Shown: one piece after another, positions 19,647 to 29,243 of the stretch
Layout of the letters: every line of letters starts with the position of its first letter
How positions within the stretch are numbered: position 1 is the stretch's first letter
IMG/VR virus record: IMGVR_UViG_3300025467_000009
Span: 68,936-132,935 of that record
Origin: a virus
Strand: one strand, 5' to 3'
DNA length: 64,000 nucleotides
Notes under the pieces: generated by a model
Told to the model about the DNA's origin: nothing
Database searches by the model: none
What the model saw: only the letters and a program-made list of their open reading frames with translations
Program-made: the position numbers and the translations under genes

Positions 19647-20007
19647 CGGTTATACTAGACACATTAGAAGAGATGATGACCCTGTCTTTACTGCAGGTAT
19701 GGCAGCCGCTTTCTTTGACCTAACTACACAATCTTTCTTGATGAAGGAAAGGCTTGGATATTGGCAAAATGCTGATGGTACACCAATTGTAATAACAAGG
19801 ACCAAAGGTGGGGACAGAAGATTTAGTTTAGATGATTTGCAAAAGATTGCCCACTCATTAAGAAGACAGAATAAAATGACTTCAAGGCAAATGAAGTTAA
19901 TTATTCTTAGGATTGATGCATTTAAAGAACCTATTAAGAAACACAGAAGTAGATATAGAAAAGGTACAATAGGTGGTATTAAACAACCACCTCCAACCAT
20001 TCTATAA
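19627..20007 (+). CDS. MerR/excisionase-like HTH DNA-binding protein
   Basis: FTAGMAAAFFDLT....KERLG...RTKGGDRRFSLDDL winged-HTH pattern. Confidence 0.65.
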   Translation: MSDQSSSGYTRHIRRDDDPVFTAGMAAAFFDLTTQSFLMKERLGYWQNADGTPIVITRTKGGDRRFSLDDLQKIAHSLRRQNKMTSRQMKLIILRIDAFKEPIKKHRSRYRKGTIGGIKQPPPTIL

Positions 20008-20024
20008 TATCTAAAAAGGAAAAC

Positions 20025-20630
20025 ATGAAAATTACATTCACTGGTAGTCATGGTACAGGTAAGACAACTGCTGCCAAGATTTTAAGAAAAGTTATAAATG
20101 AAACTTATCCAGGACTAGCAATTGCACCACTAGGAAGTGTAACTAGAAGTGTTTTAGGTTGGGGTCAAGGGGATGGTAAGTTATCACTTTCTCCAGAAAG
20201 TAATTCATTCCAAGTTGCTTGTATTTATGAACGCCGCCGTCAGATGCTTGCTAAGGGTTCATTAAAAGCAGACATTGTAATCAGTGAACGTTGGGCAATG
20301 GATGAAACTGCTTATCAACTTTATAAAGCTAGAAAAGATATGATGGACCGTGATAGTGCCCACACTCTAAGAGTATGTCAAATGGAAATGGATTGGGAAC
20401 TAAACAACTATTGGGACAAGGTTTATTACATACCAGTTGACCACCGACCAGTTGAAGAAGACGGCACTAGACCTGGTGATAAGAAGTATCAAATTGAAGT
20501 TGGTAACATGATAGAAGTAGTCATGTCTCCTTATAACAAGAATCGTAAGATTAAAAAAATGCCTACTCAACTTGAACTTTGGGAAGACTATTTTAAGAAG
20601 GAAGCCGAGAGTTGGAACCTAAAGAAGTAG
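20025..20630 (+). CDS. P-loop nucleotide kinase (AAA_28/dNMP-kinase-like)
   Basis: KITFTGSHGTGKTT, ISERWAMD..AY, EEDGTR lid motif. Confidence 0.75.
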   Translation: MKITFTGSHGTGKTTAAKILRKVINETYPGLAIAPLGSVTRSVLGWGQGDGKLSLSPESNSFQVACIYERRRQMLAKGSLKADIVISERWAMDETAYQLYKARKDMMDRDSAHTLRVCQMEMDWELNNYWDKVYYIPVDHRPVEEDGTRPGDKKYQIEVGNMIEVVMSPYNKNRKIKKMPTQLELWEDYFKKEAESWNLKK

Positions 20631-20995
20631 ACAACCAAGAAGTATTAAGAGCACAGTTTGTTATTGCTAAGGCATTTAGAGACAATCTTAATGTAGTTGA
20701 GACACTCACATCCCATATGGTTGGTAAGTCATTGATTGAAGAATTAACCGGTGAAGTCCCAAACTGGGCTAAGAAAGAAAAGCAAGATAAAACTAAAGAA
20801 CTTAAAGAATGGGTTCAAAACAACCTTTCTAAGCAATTAAGTACAAAAGAAATTGCTTCAAGTCTAGATTGTAGTTATGAGACTGCAATCAAAACTATTA
20901 AGGAGAACCCTTTTTATTTTGTTGGTATTCGTAGGGGTTACTATGAAGTTAGAGACGGTGAAACCGAAAGAGAACAAGCTAAGAAGGGTAAGTAA
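20612..20995 (+). CDS. Hypothetical protein, possible winged HTH
   Basis: LSTKEIASSLDCSYETA.K pattern. Confidence 0.5.
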   Translation: MEPKEVDNQEVLRAQFVIAKAFRDNLNVVETLTSHMVGKSLIEELTGEVPNWAKKEKQDKTKELKEWVQNNLSKQLSTKEIASSLDCSYETAIKTIKENPFYFVGIRRGYYEVRDGETEREQAKKGK

Positions 20996-21093
20996 TGTCT
21001 GATAGGCCTAGTGAAGAACTTCTTGAAAGTGCAAAAGAGATGACATATAATCTTGAAGAATGGGAAAAGAAATTCCCTGAGGAGGAACAGTAA

Positions 21094-21513
21094 GTGCAAA
21101 CATTTTTACCATACGCAGATTTTGAAAAGTCAGCAAAATCATTGGACCGTCAACGACTTGGTAAACAACGTGTAGAGACAATGCAAATTATGAACGCAAT
21201 TCTTAATCCGAATTACGGTTGGCAAAGTCATCCAGCAGTAAACATGTGGAGAGGTCATGAAACTACATTACTAGAATACCAAAAAGCAATTTGCAATGAG
21301 TGGGTTAGTCGTGGCTACAAAGATACATGCTTGCAAAAGACTATTGATTTGGTTGATTCTGTTAAGACAAACACAACTAGGCCTGGTTGGATTGGTGACT
21401 ATAAATTTCACCTTTCTCACCAAAGTAACCTACTTCGTAAATTACCAGACCACTATTCACAACACTTTATAGGAGTCCCAGATGACTTGCCTTACTTTTG
21501 GCCAGGAGAATAA
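21094..21513 (+). CDS. Pyrimidine-dimer DNA glycosylase family (MSMEG_6728/DenV-like)
   Basis: MQTFLPY.DF..SA..LD..RLGKQRVE..QI, HPAVNMWRG, EW..RGYKDT, SHQSNLLRK, LPY.WP. Confidence 0.85.
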   Translation: MQTFLPYADFEKSAKSLDRQRLGKQRVETMQIMNAILNPNYGWQSHPAVNMWRGHETTLLEYQKAICNEWVSRGYKDTCLQKTIDLVDSVKTNTTRPGWIGDYKFHLSHQSNLLRKLPDHYSQHFIGVPDDLPYFWPGE

Positions 21514-21679
21514 TGATAAAAGAGTTTTTTAAAAAAGGCAAAGAATGGCGTTGTGAGGGTTGGGTATCACTTTCACTAAAAGATTTTGGTTTAGGTTTAA
21601 TTACCTACAATAATAAAAAATGCCATAATTTTCAGATTACTATTTTATTCTTTGATTTCTATATAAGTTGTTACAAACT

Positions 21680-21859
21680 ATGAATAAAAAAGAATTAGAT
21701 GAAATAAGGTTGAGGCACCATGAAACACGCCTCTGGTGGAGACAAGATGACAATGGAACAATTATAGATGAGTTAAGAGGTTGTTCTGATTGTGGTCAAG
21801 AAGTACCTTGCGATGCAATTAAATTATTAGATGAATTGAATAAGTATGAAACCCAATGA
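21680..21859 (+). CDS. Small Cys/His protein, paralog 1
   Basis: ELDEIRLRH...CSDC...PCDAIKLLD. Confidence 0.6.
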   Translation: MNKKELDEIRLRHHETRLWWRQDDNGTIIDELRGCSDCGQEVPCDAIKLLDELNKYETQ

Positions 21860-22001
21860 ACTTCAAAAAATAAGAGAAAAGCATCAAAAGCAATTTGGTA
21901 AGTGGCGTTGCCAACACTGCTATGAAAACTATCCTTGTGATGTAGCAAAGTTGCTAGATTACTCTGAGTCTTTAGAAAAAGTAACCAATGAAGTTATCTG
22001 A
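21846..22001 (+). CDS. Small Cys/His protein, paralog 2 (51 aa, not in ORF track)
   Basis: Manual translation MKPNELQKIREKH...CQHC...PCDVAKLLD. Confidence 0.6.
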   Translation: MKPNELQKIREKHQKQFGKWRCQHCYENYPCDVAKLLDYSESLEKVTNEVI

Positions 22002-22191
22002 ACGTCAAGCATTAAGAAGAAAACACCATTCAAGGATAACAGACAGGGTTCCTTTTTGCTATCACTGTAAACTAATTTGGCCTTGTGATGTTATTAGGGT
22101 ATTGGATGCTTGGGATAGCCAATACAGTAAAGTAGAAGAAATAGTTTCTGAGTATAAAAATCAACTTAGTGGACCAGAATGGGATGATTAA
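21988..22191 (+). CDS. Small Cys/His protein, paralog 3
   Basis: ERQALRRKH...CYHC...PCDVIRVLD. Confidence 0.6.
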   Translation: MKLSERQALRRKHHSRITDRVPFCYHCKLIWPCDVIRVLDAWDSQYSKVEEIVSEYKNQLSGPEWDD

Positions 22192-22335
22192 AATGGAAGA
22201 ATGCCTTCACATTGAGAAAAAAATAAATGAGTTAGGAGAAGAAGTAGAAAGACCTTACCACAGTATTTTTTGCCCAGATTGTGGAAAACGTTTGGTACGT
22301 GATTACAAAGCAAGGCCATTTAAGTTTTAGTAAAG

Positions 22336-22364
22336 TTGATTTTGTAGTAACAAGAAATTATAAT
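22336..22364 (+). promoter_or_regulatory. SigA-type promoter of the TGT-like/LuxE/LuxC/aminotransferase operon
   Basis: TTGATT-N17-TATAAT. Confidence 0.75.
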
Positions 22365-22391
22365 TTAACTATTAGTAGTTAGTAGGAGACA

Positions 22392-23249
22392 ATGGATCTA
22401 TACCTAGGAGCACCTTTTGCTCACATTCAATCATCTGCCCCTGGGTATGCATTAGCTCATGAAATGACAGGTTTTACTGTTATGGAGCAATACAGTAAAC
22501 TACCTAAACTTTTCCTTGATAATGGTGCTGATGAACTTGGAACAGGCCAGAGTGGTATGCGACTTGCCTATCTTGCAGGAAGATTAAAATCAAACTTTCT
22601 AATACTACCGGATGTCCTTCACAAAGATAAACTTACTAGAAAAAAGGGTGAGAAGTTTTTTGAACAAATGAAAGATAGTGGATACCAAGGTAACTTTATT
22701 GGTGTAATCCAAGCAAAGACTTTGGAGAAAGGTCTTGAAAGTTACAAGTGGTGGGCAAGAAGTGGAATGGTAGATAGGATTGGGATTACTTATGATACTA
22801 AGATCCCTAACACAACTTTTAAAGAGTTTGCATGGGGTGGAAGATTAAACTTTTTGTTTGAACTGGCAAAAACAAATGTTTATGACAATAATCCAATAGG
22901 ACTTCACTTGCTTGGTACACTAGATGTGCATGAACTCTATGTATTAAACCACTATCCAGAGTTTGAATATATTATTAAGTATATGGTTGATAGTCATGAT
23001 ACTACAATGCCTTACGCTTGTGATACTCCATTTGTAGTTGAAGATTATTCAATTAAATTAGGGCGTGCAAAGGATTATCCCCGTCAAGATTTTAAAGCAA
23101 AACTAGAGGGTGAAAGACTTGAGATTGCTGAGTGGAATGTAGCGGCATACTTGACTGCTTGCAAGATTAAACCAAGTGACTGGCCAAAATATCTAGGTGA
23201 TAAAGCAGTTCAATTATTTAGTGATTTTGAGTATCATTATGACCACTAA
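22392..23249 (+). CDS. TGT-fold protein, candidate divergent 7-deazaguanine transglycosylase (DpdA-like)
   Basis: Ordered motifs FLDNGA, LPDV, GVIQA, RIGI, LHLLG, DSHDT parallel TGT/DpdA motifs (DSG, D, VxQG, HxLG, DSxD); linked to folE/queD/queE. Confidence 0.6.
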   Translation: MDLYLGAPFAHIQSSAPGYALAHEMTGFTVMEQYSKLPKLFLDNGADELGTGQSGMRLAYLAGRLKSNFLILPDVLHKDKLTRKKGEKFFEQMKDSGYQGNFIGVIQAKTLEKGLESYKWWARSGMVDRIGITYDTKIPNTTFKEFAWGGRLNFLFELAKTNVYDNNPIGLHLLGTLDVHELYVLNHYPEFEYIIKYMVDSHDTTMPYACDTPFVVEDYSIKLGRAKDYPRQDFKAKLEGERLEIAEWNVAAYLTACKIKPSDWPKYLGDKAVQLFSDFEYHYDH

Positions 23250-24204
23250 GAAAACATTCCTTCTTGTTGATGGTCACAATGTTTTTATTCGTGCTTACTC
23301 AGGATTAGCAAAACAAGATTTTAGAAACTCTGATGGTATTGCAACTTGGGGTGTTTACGGATTCTTAAATACCTTAACTTCAATGGTTCGTAGATACCAA
23401 CCAACCCATGTTCTTGTTACTTTTGATAAAGGAAAAAGTAGCAAAAGACTTGAAATGTATCCTCAATACAAAGCAAATAGAGATAAGGATTCTAAAGAAA
23501 GAATTGCTAAAAAAGTAGCGGCAGGAGAAGTAGATGAATTCTTGCCACAATTTGATTTGCTTTTTGAATTCCTTAAATCAATGGGTGTACCATACCTTAG
23601 GATTAGTGGTGTTGAGGCAGATGATATTATTGCTAAGGCCTCAATTGAATTTGGTCCACTCTTTGATAAAGTTGTAATTATCAGTGCAGACCATGACATT
23701 AGACAACTAATTAGAAATAATGTTATAGTTGTAAAACCTAGTTTAAGTCAGAGTAGAGACGTTAAAGAAGAAGTATTTACAGTTGAAAAAACTCTTGAAG
23801 AATGGGGAGTTGAACCTTGGAGGTTACCAGAAATATGGGCACTCATGGGAGACAAGGGAGACAACATACCTGGAGTACCAGGCATAGGACCAGTAAAAGC
23901 TAAAAAACTTATACAAGATTTTGGTAACCTTGAAAAAGCAATACAATCAGAAAAAGTAAACGAATATGAACCAACAGTTCGTAGAGCATTTAAACTTATT
24001 CAACTTGATGGTAAAGATGACATACCATTTCCACCTTTAGGAAATTTACAGTTTAACCCGATAACTAAAGAAATTCCCAATCATGGCTTGAAATTGCAGG
24101 AGATGCTCGACTATTTTGAATTTAATGTAATTAAAGAACGTTGGGAAAACAATGAACTTTGGTCAGAAAAGACCTTTGGTAGAAAGTTAGGAAACAATGG
24201 ATAA
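23239..24204 (+). CDS. 5'-3' exonuclease / flap endonuclease (Pol I N-terminal domain)
   Basis: LLVDGHN...RAY, YKANR, EADDIIA, SADHD, LMGDKGDNIPGVPGIGPVKA; start moved to ATG 23239. Confidence 0.92.
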   Translation: MTTKKTFLLVDGHNVFIRAYSGLAKQDFRNSDGIATWGVYGFLNTLTSMVRRYQPTHVLVTFDKGKSSKRLEMYPQYKANRDKDSKERIAKKVAAGEVDEFLPQFDLLFEFLKSMGVPYLRISGVEADDIIAKASIEFGPLFDKVVIISADHDIRQLIRNNVIVVKPSLSQSRDVKEEVFTVEKTLEEWGVEPWRLPEIWALMGDKGDNIPGVPGIGPVKAKKLIQDFGNLEKAIQSEKVNEYEPTVRRAFKLIQLDGKDDIPFPPLGNLQFNPITKEIPNHGLKLQEMLDYFEFNVIKERWENNELWSEKTFGRKLGNNG

Positions 24205-25267
24205 CAAAAAAGTAGATAAGATAATTTCTAATGCAATAGAGTATGTTAAAGATCCGATTAATTCCCCTGACTTTAATACAGTTGCACTGGACCTTTATGA
24301 CCTTCACCGTGAATTGAACCCAGTTTATAGTAAATATGACAAAGGTCCTTTAAAAGATTGGCGTGAAATTCCATTAATGCCTATCGGTGAATTTAAAAAA
24401 GGTGATGTAGGGATTACTCTTAGTGACCGCATGCCTTTCCCTGGAGTAGAGTTCCATTCAAGTGGTACAACGCAAGGTGACAAGAGTAAACACCGTATGT
24501 ATGATACTGAACCTTATAGAGCAAGTATTGCTGCTGGTTTTAAGCAAAGTGTACACCCTACTAGTTACCCTAGGTTTAGAGTTATTCTACTTACCCCTAA
24601 ACTACCTAATAGTAGTTTATACTACATGATGAGTTATGTTAGTGAACTTTTTGACCATCGTGGAGTTCGTGAAGAGTTTGATGGACTAAATGACATGTTT
24701 AGGGTACAGGCATTACTAGATGAACTAAGAGAAGAAAAAGAACCAGTATTGTTATTTGGAACTAGTTTGGCCTTTTATGACTTGATGACTACCATAGAGA
24801 CAAATGGAATGCAATCTTTTAAACTCCCAGAGAGTTCAATGATGATTGAAACCGGAGGTTGGAAGGGGAGAGACATTAAGATTACCCCTTGGGACTTAAC
24901 TACTAAAGTAAGTTTGTTTTTTGACATATCTTTTGATAATTGTATCCGTGAATACAGTATGAGTGAAATGTCTAGTCAACTATGGTCTTCAGGTAATGAC
25001 CCAGGAAATGTAAATTATTATTGGCCTCAATGGTTGAGTGTTAGATTAGTTGACCCACTATCTCAAGTTGAGGTTCCTTATGGTCAAAGTGGTATTATTA
25101 GTTTTGTAGATTTAGCAAATGTTTGGAGTTGCCCCTTTATCTTGACCGAAGACATGGGCCACCTATACAATGATAATGGAATTGATGCCCTAGTATTAGA
25201 AGGAAGAGCAATTAATGCACCTGAGAAAGGATGTAGTCTAACTTATGCGGAAGCAATGGGTAATTAA
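24197..25267 (+). CDS. LuxE-like acyl-protein synthetase (ANL adenylating enzyme)
   Basis: FHSSGTTQG P-loop, IETGGWKGR, EYSMSEMSSQ, FVDLAN..SCPFILTEDMG, LEGRA..APEKGCS with C-terminal acylation Cys. Confidence 0.88.
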   Translation: MDNKKVDKIISNAIEYVKDPINSPDFNTVALDLYDLHRELNPVYSKYDKGPLKDWREIPLMPIGEFKKGDVGITLSDRMPFPGVEFHSSGTTQGDKSKHRMYDTEPYRASIAAGFKQSVHPTSYPRFRVILLTPKLPNSSLYYMMSYVSELFDHRGVREEFDGLNDMFRVQALLDELREEKEPVLLFGTSLAFYDLMTTIETNGMQSFKLPESSMMIETGGWKGRDIKITPWDLTTKVSLFFDISFDNCIREYSMSEMSSQLWSSGNDPGNVNYYWPQWLSVRLVDPLSQVEVPYGQSGIISFVDLANVWSCPFILTEDMGHLYNDNGIDALVLEGRAINAPEKGCSLTYAEAMGN

Positions 25268-26279
25268 TCCAGATGTAGGTTTTTCTAAAGTCCTTGCAGA
25301 GTTTGGAAGATTCCTAGAAGAAGATTATAAGATGGCAATAGGTGCTTTAACGGTTCCCCACGCCTTTGAAGAGTACACAGAAAAGACAGGTAGAAATTTT
25401 GTAATTGTAGGAGCAAGGAGTGTACCAACCGCTACTGCAAAGAGTGTTTTCCTTTGTCTTAAATTGGCAGGACCAGAAAGTGTAACTGTAAAGGCACCAA
25501 CAATTGATGAAGGTTTCTTAATTGATAATGTTATTGAATACTATGGTAAAGATATTAGGTGTAAGGTATTCAATGACCCAAGTGAACAACTTGAATTATC
25601 ACTAGAATGGCGTAAAGCACTTGATGAAGCAACAGATATAGTTGTTTTTGGTGGTGGTGACACAGTTGCTAGATTTAAAGAACTAGAAAATGAACATCGT
25701 CAAGTTCACATTCATGGTCCTAAGTTTTCATTTGGTATTGTTAGAGCAGAAGATTTAAGTCTTTCTTACATGGAAGAAATTGGTTTTGATTTTTATTCAT
25801 TCTATGGTGAAGGTTGTCTATCTCCAAAGTTTTATGTAGTAGTTGGAGAGACAGCACCACAAATGTGGAAAGAGATGTCTGAGGTTTATTCAAACCTTTA
25901 TGCCTCATATGTTGATGAGTTTAGAGCAAAGTTGCCACTTTCAAGGAAAAGCGAATTAGTGCAACAGTTCCTAAACTCCAATTATGTAGCAAAATATATT
26001 CGTAGGGAAGACTTGAATTCTAATGAAATATTTTCTACACTTTATGGTGACGTACGCTTTATAGTAGTAGAAAGTTTAGATGATTTGGAAGAATTCATTG
26101 AAAAATGGCGTTTTCAAATTAGTACAGTAGCAATTAACGAACAAGATGATGAAATAGTAGATTTTGTTGAAAGTCATATGATTACTAGAATCTGTGATAT
26201 TGGTCAGATGCAGTTCCCAGATTTCTTTGAACAATTTGACACAACAGATGACTTTGACATTTACACAGGAGGATATTAA
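25245..26279 (+). CDS. LuxC-like acyl-thioester (acyl-CoA) reductase, ALDH superfamily
   Basis: VVFGGGDTV, HGPKFSF, GEGCLSP catalytic Cys, QIST, TRICDIGQMQFP motifs. Confidence 0.82.
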   Translation: MRKQWVINPDVGFSKVLAEFGRFLEEDYKMAIGALTVPHAFEEYTEKTGRNFVIVGARSVPTATAKSVFLCLKLAGPESVTVKAPTIDEGFLIDNVIEYYGKDIRCKVFNDPSEQLELSLEWRKALDEATDIVVFGGGDTVARFKELENEHRQVHIHGPKFSFGIVRAEDLSLSYMEEIGFDFYSFYGEGCLSPKFYVVVGETAPQMWKEMSEVYSNLYASYVDEFRAKLPLSRKSELVQQFLNSNYVAKYIRREDLNSNEIFSTLYGDVRFIVVESLDDLEEFIEKWRFQISTVAINEQDDEIVDFVESHMITRICDIGQMQFPDFFEQFDTTDDFDIYTGGY

Positions 26280-27478
26280 TGAGTGATTATTTAGCTAGAA
26301 CTAACCCTTGGCCTTACGACATAACAATTACTGGTGCAAAGGGTGGTTATTATCAAACTAAAGAGTACGGGGACATGTTTGATATGGCCTGTGGTATTGC
26401 TGTAAACAATTTAGGTCACAGAAACAAAAAGATTCTTAATGCCTCATTGAAAGTTTTAGATAAGTATGCTCACGTTAATGTTTATGGTGAGTTCAATATT
26501 AAAGAGCAATTGAAGTATGCTGAACTATTAAGTGAACGTTTTTCAACCCTTACAATGAGTAATGGAATTGATGAAAATAATAAAACTTGGTTCTGCACTA
26601 GCGGAACAGAAGCAAATGAACTTGCCATGAAGCTTGCAATGCTAAGTACACAAAGAAAAGGTTTCATTGCCCTTGAGAATGGTTTTCATGGACGTACTCT
26701 TGGAAGTTTGAGTTTAACTCACAAACCTCAATACAGAGAACCATTTAAGAGTATGGTTAACAAAAATCTTACTAAGTGGATTGTTCCTGGAGAAGAAATC
26801 CCAGATGAGTATAAAGACAGAGCAGCATTTTTTATGGAACTGGTTCAAGGAGAAGCAGGAGTAGTTGCTCAAGACAAAGAATGGGCAAAGTATGTTAGTG
26901 ACTGGTGTCATGAAAATGGTGTTCTTTTGGTCATTGATGAAGTACAAACAGGGTTTGGTAGAACCGGTACACACTTTGTTCTTGACCAATACCAAGATGT
27001 TTATCCGGACATTGTAACCTTGGGGAAAGCAGCAGGTGGAGGTTATCCTTTGGGTGCAGTAGTTGCTAGTTCTGAAAGGTGGAACTCTATTTCTAGAGAC
27101 ATGCCATTTGCTCACCTAAGTACATTCGGTGGTAATCCAATGAGTGTTGCTGCCGGTACAGTCATGTTTAAAGAAACAGAAAAACCACAACTTCTTGGTA
27201 ATGTTAAAGATGGTGAAATACTAGCAAGAAGTGTATTCCAAGATTTTGAACATGCTTACATTAGAGGCAAAGGTTTGATGTTGGGGTTAGTTTTAGATGA
27301 TGCAATTGATATAGATACAGTTGTTCAAAACATCTGGGACAATAAAGTTTTTTGTGGAAGAGTCTTATATGGGTCAAATACAATTCGTTTATATGCACCC
27401 TTGAATACCACACCATCAGATGTATATAATAAGTTCTTGAGGGTAAGAGACGCTGTAGAACAGAGTATCAAGAGTTGA
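26279..27478 (+). CDS. Class III PLP-dependent aminotransferase (ArgD/omega-transaminase-like)
   Basis: GIAVNNLGH, SGTEANE.A.KLA, FHGRT, ELVQGEAG, IDEVQTGFGRTG, PDIVTLGKA (PLP Lys), STFGGNP, RGKGLMLG. Confidence 0.95.
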   Translation: MSDYLARTNPWPYDITITGAKGGYYQTKEYGDMFDMACGIAVNNLGHRNKKILNASLKVLDKYAHVNVYGEFNIKEQLKYAELLSERFSTLTMSNGIDENNKTWFCTSGTEANELAMKLAMLSTQRKGFIALENGFHGRTLGSLSLTHKPQYREPFKSMVNKNLTKWIVPGEEIPDEYKDRAAFFMELVQGEAGVVAQDKEWAKYVSDWCHENGVLLVIDEVQTGFGRTGTHFVLDQYQDVYPDIVTLGKAAGGGYPLGAVVASSERWNSISRDMPFAHLSTFGGNPMSVAAGTVMFKETEKPQLLGNVKDGEILARSVFQDFEHAYIRGKGLMLGLVLDDAIDIDTVVQNIWDNKVFCGRVLYGSNTIRLYAPLNTTPSDVYNKFLRVRDAVEQSIKS

Positions 27479-27503
27479 TTTATTAATCAATCTAATATAA
27501 AAT
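27475..27503 (+). promoter_or_regulatory. SigA-type promoter
   Basis: TTGATT-N17-TAAAAT. Confidence 0.65.
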
Positions 27504-27525
27504 AATAAGAAAGTAAGGAGAAGTA

Positions 27526-27750
27526 ATGCAAGAAAATATTGAAGAAATTCGTTCCAAACTTTGGGATTTGTATAACAGGTTTGCCAAAGCTCGTGGTGAA
27601 TGGAATGATGGTTATAAACAAGGAGTTATGGACTCACTTTCAATTGTAAGTGAAGTAGACAGGGCTTCACACAAGACAGATGAGAATGACCACTTTGTAG
27701 ACATTGAAAAGTTTAAAAACAATTATTTTAAGAAGGATTTTGGAAAGTGA
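27526..27750 (+). CDS. Hypothetical protein
   Basis: RBS AAGGAG; overlaps queD start. Confidence 0.6.
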   Translation: MQENIEEIRSKLWDLYNRFAKARGEWNDGYKQGVMDSLSIVSEVDRASHKTDENDHFVDIEKFKNNYFKKDFGK

Positions 27751-28202
27751 ATCTAATCTCTAAGGAAATAGAATTTGACCTTGGCCATCGTGTTAGTACA
27801 CATGGTAGCAAGTGTCGCAATCCTCACGGTCACCGTTATAAGGTTCGTGTAACTTGTGAAGGAGATATTATAGATGATGTTAGCCGTCCTGACCATGGAA
27901 TGCTTATTGACTTTGGTAATCTTAAGACAATTATGAACAAGCGTATCCATGATGTTTTAGACCACGGTTTTTGTGTATGGGAGAATGACCATGTTGTTCG
28001 TAACATGATGGAAGATGAGGCGCATGGCCAAGGTTGGAACTATATTGTTTTCCCTTACATACCAACAGCAGAAAACATTGCTCGTTGGTCTTGGGAAGAA
28101 ATTAAGGACGACATTGAGGTAGAGTTTGGTAACGACCTCAGGTTGTATGAAGTAGCCGTGTGGGAAACGCCTACATCGGTAGCCTATTGTAGAGGAGAAT
28201 AA
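27747..28202 (+). CDS. queD: 6-carboxy-5,6,7,8-tetrahydropterin synthase QueD
   Basis: FDLGHRV, KCRNPHGHRYKV (CxxxHGH), GMLIDFG, LDH, PTAENIA, VWETP. Confidence 0.95.
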   Translation: MNLISKEIEFDLGHRVSTHGSKCRNPHGHRYKVRVTCEGDIIDDVSRPDHGMLIDFGNLKTIMNKRIHDVLDHGFCVWENDHVVRNMMEDEAHGQGWNYIVFPYIPTAENIARWSWEEIKDDIEVEFGNDLRLYEVAVWETPTSVAYCRGE

Positions 28203-28204
28203 TA

Positions 28205-28402
28205 ATGGGTGCAGGAAAGAATTTTCTAAATTGGTTGCAAGGAACATTTGGTGGCAATAACAGTATGCCAGAAATCCCAGAAATTCCACTAGCAGTAGAG
28301 GCACCGAAGCCAGAACCAAAGAAGGCAAAGCCAGCAGCAAAAAAGGCAACAACTAAGAAAGCAGCACCTAAAAAGGCCGCACCAAAGAAGAAGGACCAAT
28401 AA
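28205..28402 (+). CDS. Small protein with histone H1-like PAKK/KKAAP tail
   Basis: KKAKPAAKKATTKKAAPKKAAPKKK. Confidence 0.65.
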   Translation: MGAGKNFLNWLQGTFGGNNSMPEIPEIPLAVEAPKPEPKKAKPAAKKATTKKAAPKKAAPKKKDQ

Positions 28403-28532
28403 TGCACGTAGTATTAGTATTTATTTTGCCAGCACTATTCTTTATGGGTGTTGGTGCTTTTATTCACATGTTTTCTCAGGGTGTTAAAAGTGGCATTTAT
28501 CAAAAGACTAAGGCACCAAAGAAGAGGAAGTA

Positions 28533-29243
28533 ATGGCTGATTTAAGACTAGTAGAACACTATGTAAGTACCCAAGGTGAAGGTCCACGTACAGGACGTAC
28601 AACACAATTTGTACGTTTTGCAGGATGCAACATGACTTGTGCTGGTTGGCCTTGTGATACACCATTTGCTGTAGATGTTAAAATTTGGGGCAAAGAAGGT
28701 GGAAGTTACAAAAGGACTCCAGGTGAACTTCTAGAAGATTGTAAGAGTAAGAGAGAAGAAACAGGTGCTAATAACATCTGTCTAACAGGTGGTGAACCTT
28801 TTCTTCAACCAAATGATAAGATGGATGACTTGATTATCCTTCTAACACAGAATGGTTTTGAGGTTGAGGCATTCTCTAATGGTAGTTTCCTTTACTCAGA
28901 CATTGCTCTAGAACATGTTACCTTTATGATGGACTGGAAGTTAGGTGGTTCAGGAGAAGCACAAACTCGTAGAGAAAATCGTACAATGAACGCTGCTAAG
29001 ATTCGTAATGGTAGCGGTATTAAGTTTGTTTGTAAGGATGGCAATGACTTTAATGAAGCATTGGAAGTTCATGATTTTCTAAAAGGGCAAGTCCGCTCAG
29101 GTGTAAGATTCTGGGCAGGTAGTGCCTGGGATGTTTACCCAACAAAAGATTTAGTAGCAAAGATGCTTGAACATCAGGTTCCATGGAGTCTAAATGTTCA
29201 AGTACACAATTATATTTGGCCCGCAAATGAAAGAGGAAGATGA
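28533..29243 (+). CDS. queE: 7-carboxy-7-deazaguanine synthase QueE (radical SAM)
   Basis: STQGEG..TG....FVRFAGCNMTCAGWPCDT, LTGGEPFLQ, DWKL, KFV, LNVQVHNYIW. Confidence 0.93.
   Translation: MADLRLVEHYVSTQGEGPRTGRTTQFVRFAGCNMTCAGWPCDTPFAVDVKIWGKEGGSYKRTPGELLEDCKSKREETGANNICLTGGEPFLQPNDKMDDLIILLTQNGFEVEAFSNGSFLYSDIALEHVTFMMDWKLGGSGEAQTRRENRTMNAAKIRNGSGIKFVCKDGNDFNEALEVHDFLKGQVRSGVRFWAGSAWDVYPTKDLVAKMLEHQVPWSLNVQVHNYIWPANERGR

Noticed and set aside
24197-26279. Bioluminescence (lux) operon
   Set aside because: No luxA/luxB luciferase or luxD in the window; context is nucleotide modification.
26279-27478. argD as auxiliary arginine-biosynthesis gene
   Set aside because: No other arg genes; translationally coupled to the LuxC-like gene; class III motifs do not specify substrate.
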